Virus record (IMG/VR): IMGVR_UViG_3300013132_005788 | Coordinates: 5,329-69,328 of that record | Origin: a virus | Direction: 5' to 3' (one strand) | DNA: 64,000 bases | Shown here: positions 31,165-40,266 of the stretch, piece after piece | How positions within the stretch are numbered: position 1 is the first letter of the stretch | How the letters are laid out: each line of letters opens with the position of its first letter | The notes under the pieces: model-generated | Database searches by the model: none | Seen by the model: only the letters and a program-made list of their open reading frames with translations | Told to the model about the DNA's origin: nothing | Position numbers and translations under genes: made by a program

Positions 31165-31469
31165 TGTCCCGTATTTTAAGTTATAGCGGCTTTATTAATG
31201 AATCAAGGATTGCTATTGCTTGGACCGGAAAGAATGAAACTAGGGACTCTATATTGAGTTTTATAGGGGAAAAGGAAAAGGTCACAATGATAGAGCTTGA
31301 TGAATTCCTGCTTTCCCTTCCCGAGGAAAAAGGCAAAAAGGCGGATTTCAAATGGATCAAGAGAAACAAACATTTAGTCAAAAGACATATAGACGAAAAT
31401 GGACCCAACTTTTACACTCTAACTTCACTAGGAAAAAGAATTCTTAGATTATCCAGGGTTAATGATTGA
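31164..31469 (+). CDS. Winged-helix-like protein with capsid-targeting-like leader
   Basis: Start at ATG 31164 (TAATG overlap); MSRILSYSGFINE; C-terminal YTLTSLGKRIL wing pattern. Confidence 0.55.
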   Translation: MSRILSYSGFINESRIAIAWTGKNETRDSILSFIGEKEKVTMIELDEFLLSLPEEKGKKADFKWIKRNKHLVKRHIDENGPNFYTLTSLGKRILRLSRVND

Positions 31470-31495
31470 AACTATTTTTACCTTATGCTGTAAAA
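31469..31495 (+). promoter_or_regulatory. Putative middle promoter AAAC-N18-TAAAA
   Basis: Recurring bipartite motif. Confidence 0.45.
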
Positions 31496-31513
31496 AAGGT
31501 AAAAGTAAACAAA

Positions 31514-31693
31514 ATGGAAAATTACAACAAAATCGTAGCTCTAATCGAGCTCATGAAAGAAGACGTTGATAAATTCTTTGAAAAAGGAAACAAATCAGCA
31601 GGAACAAGAGTAAGAACTGCATGTCAGGATCTTAAAAAATTAGCTCAGGAACTTCGAATGGATGTTCAGGACGCAAAGAAATCCACCAAGTAA
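31514..31693 (+). CDS. Histone H1-like Hc1 family small protein (Bacteroidota type)
   Basis: KFFEKGNKSAGTRVR...LKKLAQELR; start at ATG 31514. Confidence 0.8.
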   Translation: MENYNKIVALIELMKEDVDKFFEKGNKSAGTRVRTACQDLKKLAQELRMDVQDAKKSTK

Positions 31694-31720
31694 TAATTAA
31701 TTAATTTTAAATAAATCAAA

Positions 31721-31954
31721 ATGGGATATTATATTTGTAAAGTCAATTTCTCTAGCGGAGAGGTTTCTAAAAGCGGTAAAGCTAAAGTTACTAAATCACA
31801 AATCTTAGTTGAGGCAGAAAGTGTCACTGATGCCGAAACTAGCCTTCACAAACATCTAGGTGGAGATGCCACTACGGCTCACCTTGATTTTGAGGTTACC
31901 TCTGTTTCTCAGTCTCCAATCGAGTCTGTTCTACAGATTAAAGATGTTAGATAA
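31721..31954 (+). CDS. DUF4494-like protein
   Basis: YICKV...GKAK...LVEAESVTDAE...FEVTSV..S.I pattern. Confidence 0.7.
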   Translation: MGYYICKVNFSSGEVSKSGKAKVTKSQILVEAESVTDAETSLHKHLGGDATTAHLDFEVTSVSQSPIESVLQIKDVR

Positions 31955-31974
31955 TTAAAGACATTAATGACACT

Positions 31975-32002
31975 AAAAGCCAGCTATAATGCTGGCTTTT
32001 TT
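31975..32002 (+). terminator. Intrinsic terminator
   Basis: AAAAGCCAGC-TATAAT-GCTGGCTTTTTT hairpin with U-tract. Confidence 0.85.
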
Positions 32003-32024
32003 GTGTGTGTGGATTTTTGTTCTG

Positions 32025-32032
32025 GATATATA
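32025..32032 (+). promoter_or_regulatory. Putative late promoter GATATATA
   Basis: Exact octamer after a terminator, 4 nt before ATG 32037. Confidence 0.7.
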
Positions 32033-32036
32033 AAGA

Positions 32037-32249
32037 ATGAAGAATTTAATGAGCTTTGATCTCTTCCTAATCGAATCTGCTAATATTGAAAAATACGAGG
32101 CACCTAATAGCCCGGTAAAGATACCCGCCGGCGACAAAGGATTTGAGACAGTTCAGAAGCACTATAATAGATTTATGTGGACACTGAACGATCTGAAGAA
32201 AAGGAAGAAAAAGAAGTTAAATAAGACTTCAATTCAAAAACAGCAGTAA
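32037..32249 (+). CDS. Small basic protein with capsid-targeting-like leader
   Basis: MKNLMSFDLFLIE; KKRKKKK tail. Confidence 0.55.
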   Translation: MKNLMSFDLFLIESANIEKYEAPNSPVKIPAGDKGFETVQKHYNRFMWTLNDLKKRKKKKLNKTSIQKQQ

Positions 32250-32327
32250 AACGTTATGCTTCAGTTTCGAAAAGCCAATAGTGATCATGCTGACTCTTTT
32301 GAAAATATTTTTATGTGATGAATTTAT

Positions 32328-33110
32328 ATGTATATTAGCTGGTTAGATAAAAAATTCTGTAAGAATTGCAATTCTGAATTAAAAATTAGGAACAAGAGAG
32401 ATATTTCCCGTAAAAACTTTTGCTCCAGATCATGTAATGCAATATTCAACGGGAAAAAAAGATTATCGGATCCAGATTTTAAATTGAAATTCATAGAGGC
32501 TTCCAAAAATCCAGAAAGCCGATTGAAGAAAGGCCATAAATTGGAAAAACATCCCTTATGGAAGGGTAGAAAAAAGATATTCTGCCTATCTTGTGATAAT
32601 GAATTTGAGGTAAAAATAAATTCAAAAAGGAAATATTGTAGTAAAATATGTTCTTTGAAAAAAATACATTCCGATGCTATTGGAAGAAGTAGAGTTAATA
32701 AGATTAAACATGAATGCGTGATTTGTCATAGGACTTTTGAAAGATCTGAAAATTATAAATCACCCGCTAAATATTGCTCCAGAAAATGTCATTGTATAGG
32801 AATAGTGAAATTCTCCAATAAAAAATATACCAGCATTGAAAAAATTGTGGAAAATATTTTAATTGAGTTGAACGTAGAATATCATACCCAGTATCCTATA
32901 TGTAATATATCAGTAGCGGATTTTAGAATAAATAATTTACTAATATTTGCTGATGGAGATTATTGGCATAATTTACCAGGTAGAAGGGATAAAGATATAT
33001 TACAAGCATCCAAACTACAGCAATTGGGGTATATAGTTATTAGATTCGATGGGAGTTTAATAGAAAAAGATTATAATAAAGTCAAAGATAAAATAAGAGA
33101 AATTTTATGA
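32328..33110 (+). CDS. Zinc-finger plus Vsr/DUF559-like endonuclease, probable free-standing homing endonuclease
   Basis: Three CxxC...CSxxC fingers; TSIE...ADF...DGDYWH...LGYIVIRF; more AT-rich than flanks. Confidence 0.7.
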   Translation: MYISWLDKKFCKNCNSELKIRNKRDISRKNFCSRSCNAIFNGKKRLSDPDFKLKFIEASKNPESRLKKGHKLEKHPLWKGRKKIFCLSCDNEFEVKINSKRKYCSKICSLKKIHSDAIGRSRVNKIKHECVICHRTFERSENYKSPAKYCSRKCHCIGIVKFSNKKYTSIEKIVENILIELNVEYHTQYPICNISVADFRINNLLIFADGDYWHNLPGRRDKDILQASKLQQLGYIVIRFDGSLIEKDYNKVKDKIREIL

Positions 33111-33457
33111 TACAAGAAAAATCCGTTTCAAGGAGCCAACAGAGATTAATGGGACAAGCCTATGGCGTTAGACAGTTCAAGGACTCCCACGGGAAAAAAG
33201 GATTGGACCCAAAAGACGTAGATCCCAAATACCGAAAAACAATTGTTTCAATGTCTGATAGTATGACAAAGAAGCAACTAAAGGATTTTGCAGAGACCAA
33301 ACATAAAAAGCTTCCTGAAACCGTGGAGGAAGAATCTATTAAAGATATTTACTTTAAGCTTTCTCCCGATGCACAATATGATAAGTCCAAAACAGCCCAG
33401 AGAAAACTCCAGAATCTAGTTGACTATAGAGAATGGATTGAAAAAAATAAAAGATAA
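33107..33457 (+). CDS. DUF3008-like small protein
   Basis: SRSQQRLMG...MTKKQLKDFAETKHKKLP. Confidence 0.6.
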   Translation: MIQEKSVSRSQQRLMGQAYGVRQFKDSHGKKGLDPKDVDPKYRKTIVSMSDSMTKKQLKDFAETKHKKLPETVEEESIKDIYFKLSPDAQYDKSKTAQRKLQNLVDYREWIEKNKR

Positions 33458-33459
33458 AA

Positions 33460-33918
33460 ATGGAAGAACTAAATGAAGATTGTGGATGCGGCGGGGCACA
33501 TTACGAGCCCACCGAACACACGATGTCAAATCAAAGATCCCCCGATCCAATGGTGGGAAAAAATGTTAGACTTCAGGACGGTAGAAGTGGATTAGTTGAC
33601 GATTCAATCAGAAACTCGAGAGGAGAAGTTATAGGATATGTTATCGAGGGAGACAAGGGAAATTTCCGTGTTTTCAGGGATAAGATAGCTGAGATATTGG
33701 ATGAATCCGAAGTTATGGCTACACCAGCAAACGTTCCAGGAATGGGCGATGTGGCGCCTCCGACACGAACATCTACCGGATCTGGAGATCAGTTTCCGAC
33801 TCTAACCGTGGGAACCCCGGGTGCTAAGAGTAAAAAGAAAAAGCCAATGGAAAAAAGAAAATCGTCTGTGATGAGCTTTGATGATTTTATGGGACATGCT
33901 AAAAAGACACAACCTTAA
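33460..33918 (+). CDS. Hypothetical protein (possible internal head protein)
   Basis: ELNE near the start, SH3-like core, C-terminal VMSFDDFM. Confidence 0.45.
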   Translation: MEELNEDCGCGGAHYEPTEHTMSNQRSPDPMVGKNVRLQDGRSGLVDDSIRNSRGEVIGYVIEGDKGNFRVFRDKIAEILDESEVMATPANVPGMGDVAPPTRTSTGSGDQFPTLTVGTPGAKSKKKKPMEKRKSSVMSFDDFMGHAKKTQP

Positions 33919-33950
33919 ATATTAAGGTGACAAAATCACCACCTATATTG

Positions 33951-33981
33951 AAAAACCTCGTCGAAAATGTCGGGGTTTTTT
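33951..33981 (+). terminator. Intrinsic terminator
   Basis: AAAAACCTCG-loop-CGGGGTTTTTT. Confidence 0.65.
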
Positions 33982-33984
33982 GTT

Positions 33985-34000
33985 TGGCCTCTAATTTGCA
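33985..34000 (+). promoter_or_regulatory. Sigma54-like -24/-12 promoter
   Basis: TGGC-CTCTAAT-TTGCA with canonical spacing, 25 nt upstream of hsp20. Confidence 0.55.
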
Positions 34001-34025
34001 ATAGGATTATAAAAAAAATATTATT

Positions 34026-34418
34026 ATGAAAACAAAAAACCTATTTAGAGACCTAAACACAGAAATCAGAGAGATGTTTGACCTGGTAGAGCTTTCTGAT
34101 CTACAGAAAGGAACATCAGACTTCTTCGTAAATGTTTTTAATGAAGTTGCTTCTCGCGAGAAAATAATGGTTAACGTACCAGGATTTTCCAAAGATGATC
34201 TAAAAATTTCTCTTGATGAAAAGGGATATCTTAAAATATCAGGAGAAAAAGAAGTGGAGGGTAAAACCAGAAAGATCCAAAGATCCTATTACATCCAGCA
34301 TCTTAATTCATTAGATACCGATAAAATACAAGCGAAGGTAGAAAATGGGCTACTGGTCATCAATCTGGGAAAAAAGGATGAATCTAAGAAAGGGCCTAAG
34401 GAAATTATTATTCAGTAA
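34026..34418 (+). CDS. Small heat shock protein (Hsp20 family)
   Basis: VPGFSKDDLKI...LKISGE...IQAKVENGLLVI. Confidence 0.9.
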   Translation: MKTKNLFRDLNTEIREMFDLVELSDLQKGTSDFFVNVFNEVASREKIMVNVPGFSKDDLKISLDEKGYLKISGEKEVEGKTRKIQRSYYIQHLNSLDTDKIQAKVENGLLVINLGKKDESKKGPKEIIIQ

Positions 34419-34440
34419 CTTTCTGAAAAAAACATCTATA

Positions 34441-34468
34441 AAAAGGGAATCTTTGGATTCCTTTTTTT
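34441..34468 (+). terminator. Intrinsic terminator
   Basis: AAAAGGGAATC-TTTG-GATTCCTTTTTTT. Confidence 0.8.
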
Positions 34469-34490
34469 ATTTTTACAAAAAATTTCAATT

Positions 34491-34703
34491 ATGTTATATT
34501 CTTATCAAGAACAAATCGATAGATTTGCAGTCGAATTAGCTGATGAATCTATTCAGAAGAAAAAAAATTCTGAGTATAAAGAATCATTTACTCTCGAAAA
34601 CATTGCTAGATCAATATCCAGCATATATGATGTTGAATACGAGAAAGCTCTGAAAGATCTTAGCTATAAAAAGAATCTACATTTTGCTAAGCTCATGAAC
34701 TAA
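34491..34703 (+). CDS. Small hypothetical protein
   Basis: ORF fills the gap between the terminator and the glycosylase. Confidence 0.5.
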   Translation: MLYSYQEQIDRFAVELADESIQKKKNSEYKESFTLENIARSISSIYDVEYEKALKDLSYKKNLHFAKLMN

Positions 34704-34706
34704 TTC

Positions 34707-35114
34707 ATGAGGCTCATTCAGGATGAATACAGAGGCGAGCCATGGAAAATTATGGTTTGCTGTATTCTACTTAACCAAACATCCAATAAACAGGTTCGCC
34801 CGTTATTGGATGTTTTGTTTGGTAGGTTTCCTGGACCATCTTCCGTTAAAGAATGTGACCATCTCGAAATATCTGAAATAATAAGGACCACCGGATTTCA
34901 GAATGTCAAAGCGAGCAGGATCATAAGAATGAGTCAAAAATTCACCTTGGGATTTAAGGATCCTATAGAACTTCCGGGAATTGGTAAATACGGAGTTGAA
35001 TCGTGGAAAATATTTGTTGATGATTTTATAGAATTTAATCCATCTGACAGAAGATTAAAAGAATATATAGCTTATTTAAAGGATGGAAATAAAGATAGGA
35101 ATAACCCAGACTAA
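34707..35114 (+). CDS. MBD4-like HhH-GPD DNA glycosylase
   Basis: PWKIMVCCILLNQT, LPGIGKYG.ESW.IF, P.D..L. Confidence 0.8.
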   Translation: MRLIQDEYRGEPWKIMVCCILLNQTSNKQVRPLLDVLFGRFPGPSSVKECDHLEISEIIRTTGFQNVKASRIIRMSQKFTLGFKDPIELPGIGKYGVESWKIFVDDFIEFNPSDRRLKEYIAYLKDGNKDRNNPD

Positions 35115-35754
35115 ATTTATCTCAACATTTTCTGAATACAGAAGGTGGATCTCCTCTGCGTCTTCCCCTCGCCCGATAAAAATAATACAGCTCCAGACGA
35201 CAAATTCAAGATCTATAGAATTTCCGGAATTGGACGGAATAGTATTTACTGGTGGAGCCGATATACATTCCAGTTTTTATGGTGTTCCCTCCGAGGAACA
35301 AATTTCGGAAAGAGATCTCTGCGAGAAGGAATATTTTAGCCATTACAAAAACACAACACCTATTTTGGGAGTTTGCAGAGGAATGCAATTGATTAACTCG
35401 CTAATGGGGGGTGATTTATATACGGATCTGATAACGGACCTTAACGAGAATTATTCAATTCATCTCACGCATAATAAATTTTCATCGTATCATAAGATCA
35501 TTTCAGAGGGCAGTAGTTTTATCCGAGATGGAGCGTATCTTGTCAATTCCAGACATCATCAGGCTGTAAAGAATGTGGCCCCAGGTTTGAAGTTAAAAGC
35601 CAAGGCTGAAGACGGAACAATAGAGGTCCTAGAGGATGATAACAAGATATTAGTGCAATTTCATCCAGAGAGAGACGAAATATGCGGATTTGAAATATGC
35701 AATGCAATTTTATCTCAGTTTATAAGGATGATTCTAAATAACTCTTCGAGATAA
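35083..35754 (+). CDS. Peptidase C26 / gamma-glutamyl hydrolase-like class I glutamine amidotransferase
   Basis: FTGGADI, GVCRGMQ, VNSRHHQ, QFHPE. Confidence 0.85.
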   Translation: MEIKIGITQTKFISTFSEYRRWISSASSPRPIKIIQLQTTNSRSIEFPELDGIVFTGGADIHSSFYGVPSEEQISERDLCEKEYFSHYKNTTPILGVCRGMQLINSLMGGDLYTDLITDLNENYSIHLTHNKFSSYHKIISEGSSFIRDGAYLVNSRHHQAVKNVAPGLKLKAKAEDGTIEVLEDDNKILVQFHPERDEICGFEICNAILSQFIRMILNNSSR

Positions 35755-35778
35755 TTATCCTTTTTGTGCTTTTTTTGG

Positions 35779-35805
35779 AAACCTTAATCGTAGTGGTCCA
35801 TAAAA
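35779..35805 (+). promoter_or_regulatory. Putative middle promoter AAAC-N18-TAAAA
   Basis: Recurring motif, 6 nt before the polymerase ATG. Confidence 0.5.
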
Positions 35806-35811
35806 AGTATA

Positions 35812-37221
35812 ATGATAATAGATATTGAAAACCAAGGTAATTCTCTTAAGATCTCTCATTATAATGATGAGGGTGATCTAGAGTTTATGAATCTGGACAT
35901 TCCCAAGTCCCAAAGATTCATCTGGAGGAAAACTTCAGAGAGCGATAAAAGTAAAGATCCCGTTTGGAGATCGTGGGACGGATTCCCCGTCAAAAAATCG
36001 ATGGGTGAAAGATTTGATAAGTATCGGATAGTTGAAATTCTGGAGAGCTTCGACAAGAGTATCACTAAGCCGCTCTGGGAAACACAGGTTCCCAAGAAAT
36101 ACTTTGTCGATATTGAAACAGAGATCACAGATAACCGGGCGGATTCACTTGATACCGCCCAGGCTAAAAACAAGATCCTCTCGATTGGTATTGCTTCATC
36201 TATGGGAAAGATATTAATTCTGGGTATAGATGATATGCCGAATGAAAAGATTCTAAGCATAGAAAACAGAGTAAAAGAGCATTTTAAGGGATTCAAGGGT
36301 GATTGGACTTTTAACTATCGAAAGTTCGAAAGCGAATTCGATATGATCTATACATTTCTAGCCAAGCTCCTTCATAAGATGCCACTGGTTACAGGATGGA
36401 ACTGGTTTGGATATGACTGGCCTTATATTCTGGGAAGATGTAAGAGATTGGGAATCGACCCATCGATTGCTTCTCCCAGCGGAATACTTCTAGGTAAGAA
36501 CCAAATACCAATGCATGTGCTCATGGTTGACTACTTGGATATCTACAAGAAATGGGATAGGGTCATTAAGATCAGAGAGTCAAATTCCCTTGATTATGTT
36601 GCTAATGCTGCACTTGGAGTGAAGAAGATCAAATATGATGGAACTCTGAAGGATCTTTATGAATCGGATTTTGAAACATATATCTTCTATAACGCAGTCG
36701 ACTGTGTTCTGCTTCACTATATAGATCAGAAGCTGAACACAATGGCCACATTCTTTAAAATAGCTAATGTAAGTGGAGTTGAGATCAATCGTGCTCTTTC
36801 TCCTGTTTGGACGACGGAAGTTCTTATGCTCAGAAAATTCCTGGCTAGAAATCAGGTCATAGTCTACGAAAGAAAGGATGATGTGGCTGTTAAATTTGAG
36901 GGAGCTTACGTGAAACAACCAGAGAAAGGGATGTATGAATGGATAGCATGTTTTGACTTTGCCTCCCTGTATCCCAACACGATGATGCAATGGGGAATAT
37001 CCCCGGAGATCTTCATTGGAAAAAACATTCAGAATCCACCGGAAGGAGCAATCCACACTTCTTCTGGGGCTTATTTTTATAGCAAAAATGGAGAAGAACC
37101 CGTTCTAAGAGATGTTCTTAAATCCTTATATGCCCAAAGAAAATCTGCTAAAGGAAAGTACATGGATTGTCAAAGAGAAATCGAAAAAATTGAAAAACTC
37201 ATAAAACAAAAATCAAATTAA
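35812..37221 (+). CDS. DNA polymerase family B, N-terminal half (3'-5' exonuclease, motif A, first fingers helix)
   Basis: DIETE, GWNWFGYD, YNAVD exonuclease motifs; FEGAYV, DFASLYPN; ends after LYAQRK..K. Confidence 0.9.
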   Translation: MIIDIENQGNSLKISHYNDEGDLEFMNLDIPKSQRFIWRKTSESDKSKDPVWRSWDGFPVKKSMGERFDKYRIVEILESFDKSITKPLWETQVPKKYFVDIETEITDNRADSLDTAQAKNKILSIGIASSMGKILILGIDDMPNEKILSIENRVKEHFKGFKGDWTFNYRKFESEFDMIYTFLAKLLHKMPLVTGWNWFGYDWPYILGRCKRLGIDPSIASPSGILLGKNQIPMHVLMVDYLDIYKKWDRVIKIRESNSLDYVANAALGVKKIKYDGTLKDLYESDFETYIFYNAVDCVLLHYIDQKLNTMATFFKIANVSGVEINRALSPVWTTEVLMLRKFLARNQVIVYERKDDVAVKFEGAYVKQPEKGMYEWIACFDFASLYPNTMMQWGISPEIFIGKNIQNPPEGAIHTSSGAYFYSKNGEEPVLRDVLKSLYAQRKSAKGKYMDCQREIEKIEKLIKQKSN

Positions 37222-37222
37222 T

Positions 37223-37726
37223 ATGGCAAACACAGACAACCGCTGCGCAAATCTTGAGATCGAAGATATATGGTCTACGAAAGTTACCAACGATGGAGAA
37301 TTCATCGGTCAAGAATCCATCGACACTCTTGGGGACATCCTAAATCTTCAGGCTGAAACTCAGAAGAATGTTTATGGATATGATTTTGAAAACATGACTC
37401 TCAGAGAGATTATGGAATTCTGGCACATGAATTCTCATTCGTTAATAGATGAAATTCACGAAGCTACTGATGCACTGGGTGGTATAAAGGATGGCAACGG
37501 AAATGCTATATGGAAGAAATGGAAGAAGGCTTATTCTACCTATTCTGATAAGAAATTCTCGGATCTCTCCGAATCCGATCAGATTGAGTGTAAGTTTGAA
37601 ATAATAGACATGCTTCATTTCTTTATGAATTATGCAGCAGCTATCGGCATGACATCTCAAGAAATGTACAACATGTATATGAGTAAAAACATGGAGAATA
37701 GAGCAAGACAACAAAGGGGATACTAA
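37223..37726 (+). CDS. Dimeric all-alpha dUTPase / NTP pyrophosphatase
   Basis: DEIHE, WKKWK, EIIDMLHFFM, YMSKNMENRARQ..GY. Confidence 0.8.
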   Translation: MANTDNRCANLEIEDIWSTKVTNDGEFIGQESIDTLGDILNLQAETQKNVYGYDFENMTLREIMEFWHMNSHSLIDEIHEATDALGGIKDGNGNAIWKKWKKAYSTYSDKKFSDLSESDQIECKFEIIDMLHFFMNYAAAIGMTSQEMYNMYMSKNMENRARQQRGY

Positions 37727-37742
37727 ATATATAGGATAAAAT

Positions 37743-38729
37743 ATGCACATGGAAGAACCATTATTAAAATCAAACCCATCGAGGTTTTCGTTATTACCGA
37801 TTCACTGTCAAGATATCTGGAAGATGTATAAGACAGCAGAGGCGTCTTTTTGGACCGCAGAAGAAATAGATCTAAACCAGGACTTGGTGGATTGGAGAGA
37901 AAAACTCAATGACAATGAGAGATATTTCATTAAGAATGTTTTGGCATTCTTTAATAATTCAGATGGAATTGTCAATGAGAATCTGGCCCTGAATTTTCTA
38001 AACCAAGTTCAATTCCCCGAGGCTAGATGCTTCTATGGGTTTCAATTGATGATGGAGAATATTCACTCCGAGACCTATTCCCTTTTGATTGACACGTACA
38101 TCAATGACGATGAGGAAAAGAAGCACCTATTTAATGCCATAGAAACGGTTCCCTCTGTGAAGAAGAAAGCGGAATGGGCTTTTAGATGGATCGATAATGG
38201 TACATTTATCGAGAGACTGATAGCTTTTGCTGCAATTGAAGGAATATTTTTTTCTGGATCCTTCTGCTCTATATTCTGGTTGAAGAAAAGAGGTCTGATG
38301 CCAGGTCTTTGTTTCTCCAATGAATTAATTTCGAGGGATGAAGGATTGCACTGCGATTTTGCATGTATGCTCTATAACAACTATATCCAGAATAAGCTTC
38401 CTCTGGAAACTATTCAGTCCATCATTAAAGAAGCAGTGGAAATAGAAAAAGAGTTCATCACAGCATCTTTGCCCGTAAGACTTATCGGTATGAACTCAGA
38501 TCTCATGAGCCAGTATATTGAATATGTGGCTGATAGACTCTTAGTCACCCTAGGATGTCCCAAGATTTGGAATTCTAAGAATCCTTTTGACTTTATGACT
38601 AATATAGCAATGGAGGTTAAGGGAAATTTCTTTGAAGGAAGAATAGGATCTTATCAAAAAGCGGGTGTTTTGAAAAACGAGGGAGGCAGCGAAACGTCTA
38701 AGGTATTTACTATAGACGCTGATTTTTAA
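37743..38729 (+). CDS. nrdB: Ribonucleotide reductase class Ia beta subunit
   Basis: [30 protein letters not shown]. Confidence 0.95.
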   Translation: MHMEEPLLKSNPSRFSLLPIHCQDIWKMYKTAEASFWTAEEIDLNQDLVDWREKLNDNERYFIKNVLAFFNNSDGIVNENLALNFLNQVQFPEARCFYGFQLMMENIHSETYSLLIDTYINDDEEKKHLFNAIETVPSVKKKAEWAFRWIDNGTFIERLIAFAAIEGIFFSGSFCSIFWLKKRGLMPGLCFSNELISRDEGLHCDFACMLYNNYIQNKLPLETIQSIIKEAVEIEKEFITASLPVRLIGMNSDLMSQYIEYVADRLLVTLGCPKIWNSKNPFDFMTNIAMEVKGNFFEGRIGSYQKAGVLKNEGGSETSKVFTIDADF

Positions 38730-38745
38730 AAAATGTATTTCGATA

Positions 38746-39171
38746 GTGATTCATATCTTATGGCTGATTTTTGCGGGAATTAAATTTCCATTTGCATTAT
38801 TCTATTCTGCTATAATCTGGACATCTCCTATAATGATTTTAGAGACGCTGATTGGAGGAATTCTCTCGGCGTCTCTATTTTCTTTTTTGGGATCAAAGAT
38901 AGAAAGATACATCATGAAAAAATTTCCAGGTAGATTTAAAGTGTTCTCTAAAAAAAATAGAATGCTGGCAAGAGTACGAAGGATAGGAGGAATAAGGGGA
39001 ATCTCTTTTTTATCCCCCGTTTTATTGGGAATTCCCATTGGGGTTTTGCTATGTCTCACCCTTACGACGGATAAAAACAGGATTATGGGTCCAATGACGG
39101 CATCCATTAGCTTTTGGATTATGGTCTTCACGATTATGGGATATATAATTAAAATTTACAGCTCAAATTAG
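38746..39171 (+). CDS. Membrane protein
   Basis: Several hydrophobic helices, LSPVLLGIPIG. Confidence 0.55.
   Translation: MIHILWLIFAGIKFPFALFYSAIIWTSPIMILETLIGGILSASLFSFLGSKIERYIMKKFPGRFKVFSKKNRMLARVRRIGGIRGISFLSPVLLGIPIGVLLCLTLTTDKNRIMGPMTASISFWIMVFTIMGYIIKIYSSN
39140..39147 (+). promoter_or_regulatory. Putative late promoter GATATATA
   Basis: Exact octamer 35 nt upstream of the fibre-like cluster. Confidence 0.55.
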
Positions 39172-39182
39172 CTAGAAAATAA

Positions 39183-40091
39183 ATGGGCAAGAAAAAACAC
39201 GTTATATTATCAGAGGTTGCGACGGCTTCGTTGTCTCCAGCCCAGTCGGGAAAAGTACCAGTTTATAATCCCACAACCAATGACTTCGATCTGGGTAATT
39301 CATCGGGGGGTGGTAATCTTTACTATCAATCTGAATGCCCAGCTGGATACACGCCGGAAGAAATTCCTCTGGGATCTTTCTGGTACAACTCGGTGACGGG
39401 AGTTCTATATGTTAGAATTTATCATGAGTCATCGGATCAATATCTTTGGGTGACTCCATCGTCGGAATGTTGTGGCGGGGTCTCTTTTTTTTACAGAGAC
39501 ACATGTCCCGATATACAACCTGGAGAGATTCTTCCGGGATCACTTTGGTATAACTCTGAAACTGGGATTCTTGCCATTTACATATATGATTCGGTACAGG
39601 ATCAATATCTTTGGGCTTCACCAGCTATAAATTGTTGCGATACTGGAACTGGTACCGATGGATCGACTGGTCCAACGGGACCAATGGGACCAATGGGATC
39701 TCCCGGATCAGATGGAATTACTTATGCTAAATTATCATTCAGCGAAATTCCGATAAAAAATTTAAATTCAGCTCCACAAACTCTAGTTTATGCAGCAGGA
39801 GCTGGTACAGCTATATGGCTTCATTCGGCTATAGTGAAGTTTAATTATGGGGGTACTCCTCTATCGGGATCATCATATTTACTGCAGATCTATCATGATG
39901 GAAGTCCGGATCATCTAATGTCTAATAAAATTATGGATTCCACAACTTCCATAATAAATCAGATGACTCCATCAACAAATAGAGAGATATTATCAAATGC
40001 AGATCTCAAAATAGGAACTACGAGTAACTATACCGGGGGAGAAGGAACAACAATGGATGTATACGTAGCTTACAAAATATTGACTCTATAA
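39183..40091 (+). CDS. Fibre/decoration-like protein with tandem ~54 aa repeat and short collagen-like segment
   Basis: Two copies of CP...GS.WYNS.TG.L...IY....DQYLW..P...CC, then GSTGPTGPMGPMG. Confidence 0.6.
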   Translation: MGKKKHVILSEVATASLSPAQSGKVPVYNPTTNDFDLGNSSGGGNLYYQSECPAGYTPEEIPLGSFWYNSVTGVLYVRIYHESSDQYLWVTPSSECCGGVSFFYRDTCPDIQPGEILPGSLWYNSETGILAIYIYDSVQDQYLWASPAINCCDTGTGTDGSTGPTGPMGPMGSPGSDGITYAKLSFSEIPIKNLNSAPQTLVYAAGAGTAIWLHSAIVKFNYGGTPLSGSSYLLQIYHDGSPDHLMSNKIMDSTTSIINQMTPSTNREILSNADLKIGTTSNYTGGEGTTMDVYVAYKILTL

Positions 40092-40107
40092 AATAATTAA
40101 AAATAAA

Positions 40108-40266
40108 ATGGAACAACAAATCACACCACAAAATTTCATGGAGAAGCTCAGGAATTCTGCTATTTTGTTAGCTGAAGTTAAGAAATTAAGGGACGCTAAT
40201 CCCACTGCAGATTTTTCGGATATCATTAGAGAGGCTAAAAGAAACATAGAACAAAATAAATCCTAA
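40108..40266 (+). CDS. Small hypothetical protein (52 aa, not in ORF track)
   Basis: MEQQITPQNFMEKLRNS...EQNKS; A-rich start; TAATG coupling to the next gene. Confidence 0.6.
   Translation: MEQQITPQNFMEKLRNSAILLAEVKKLRDANPTADFSDIIREAKRNIEQNKS

Noticed and set aside
34416-34441. TAAC-N17-TATAA match after hsp20
   Set aside because: It runs straight into the hsp20 terminator hairpin, so it may be coincidental; not counted as a promoter
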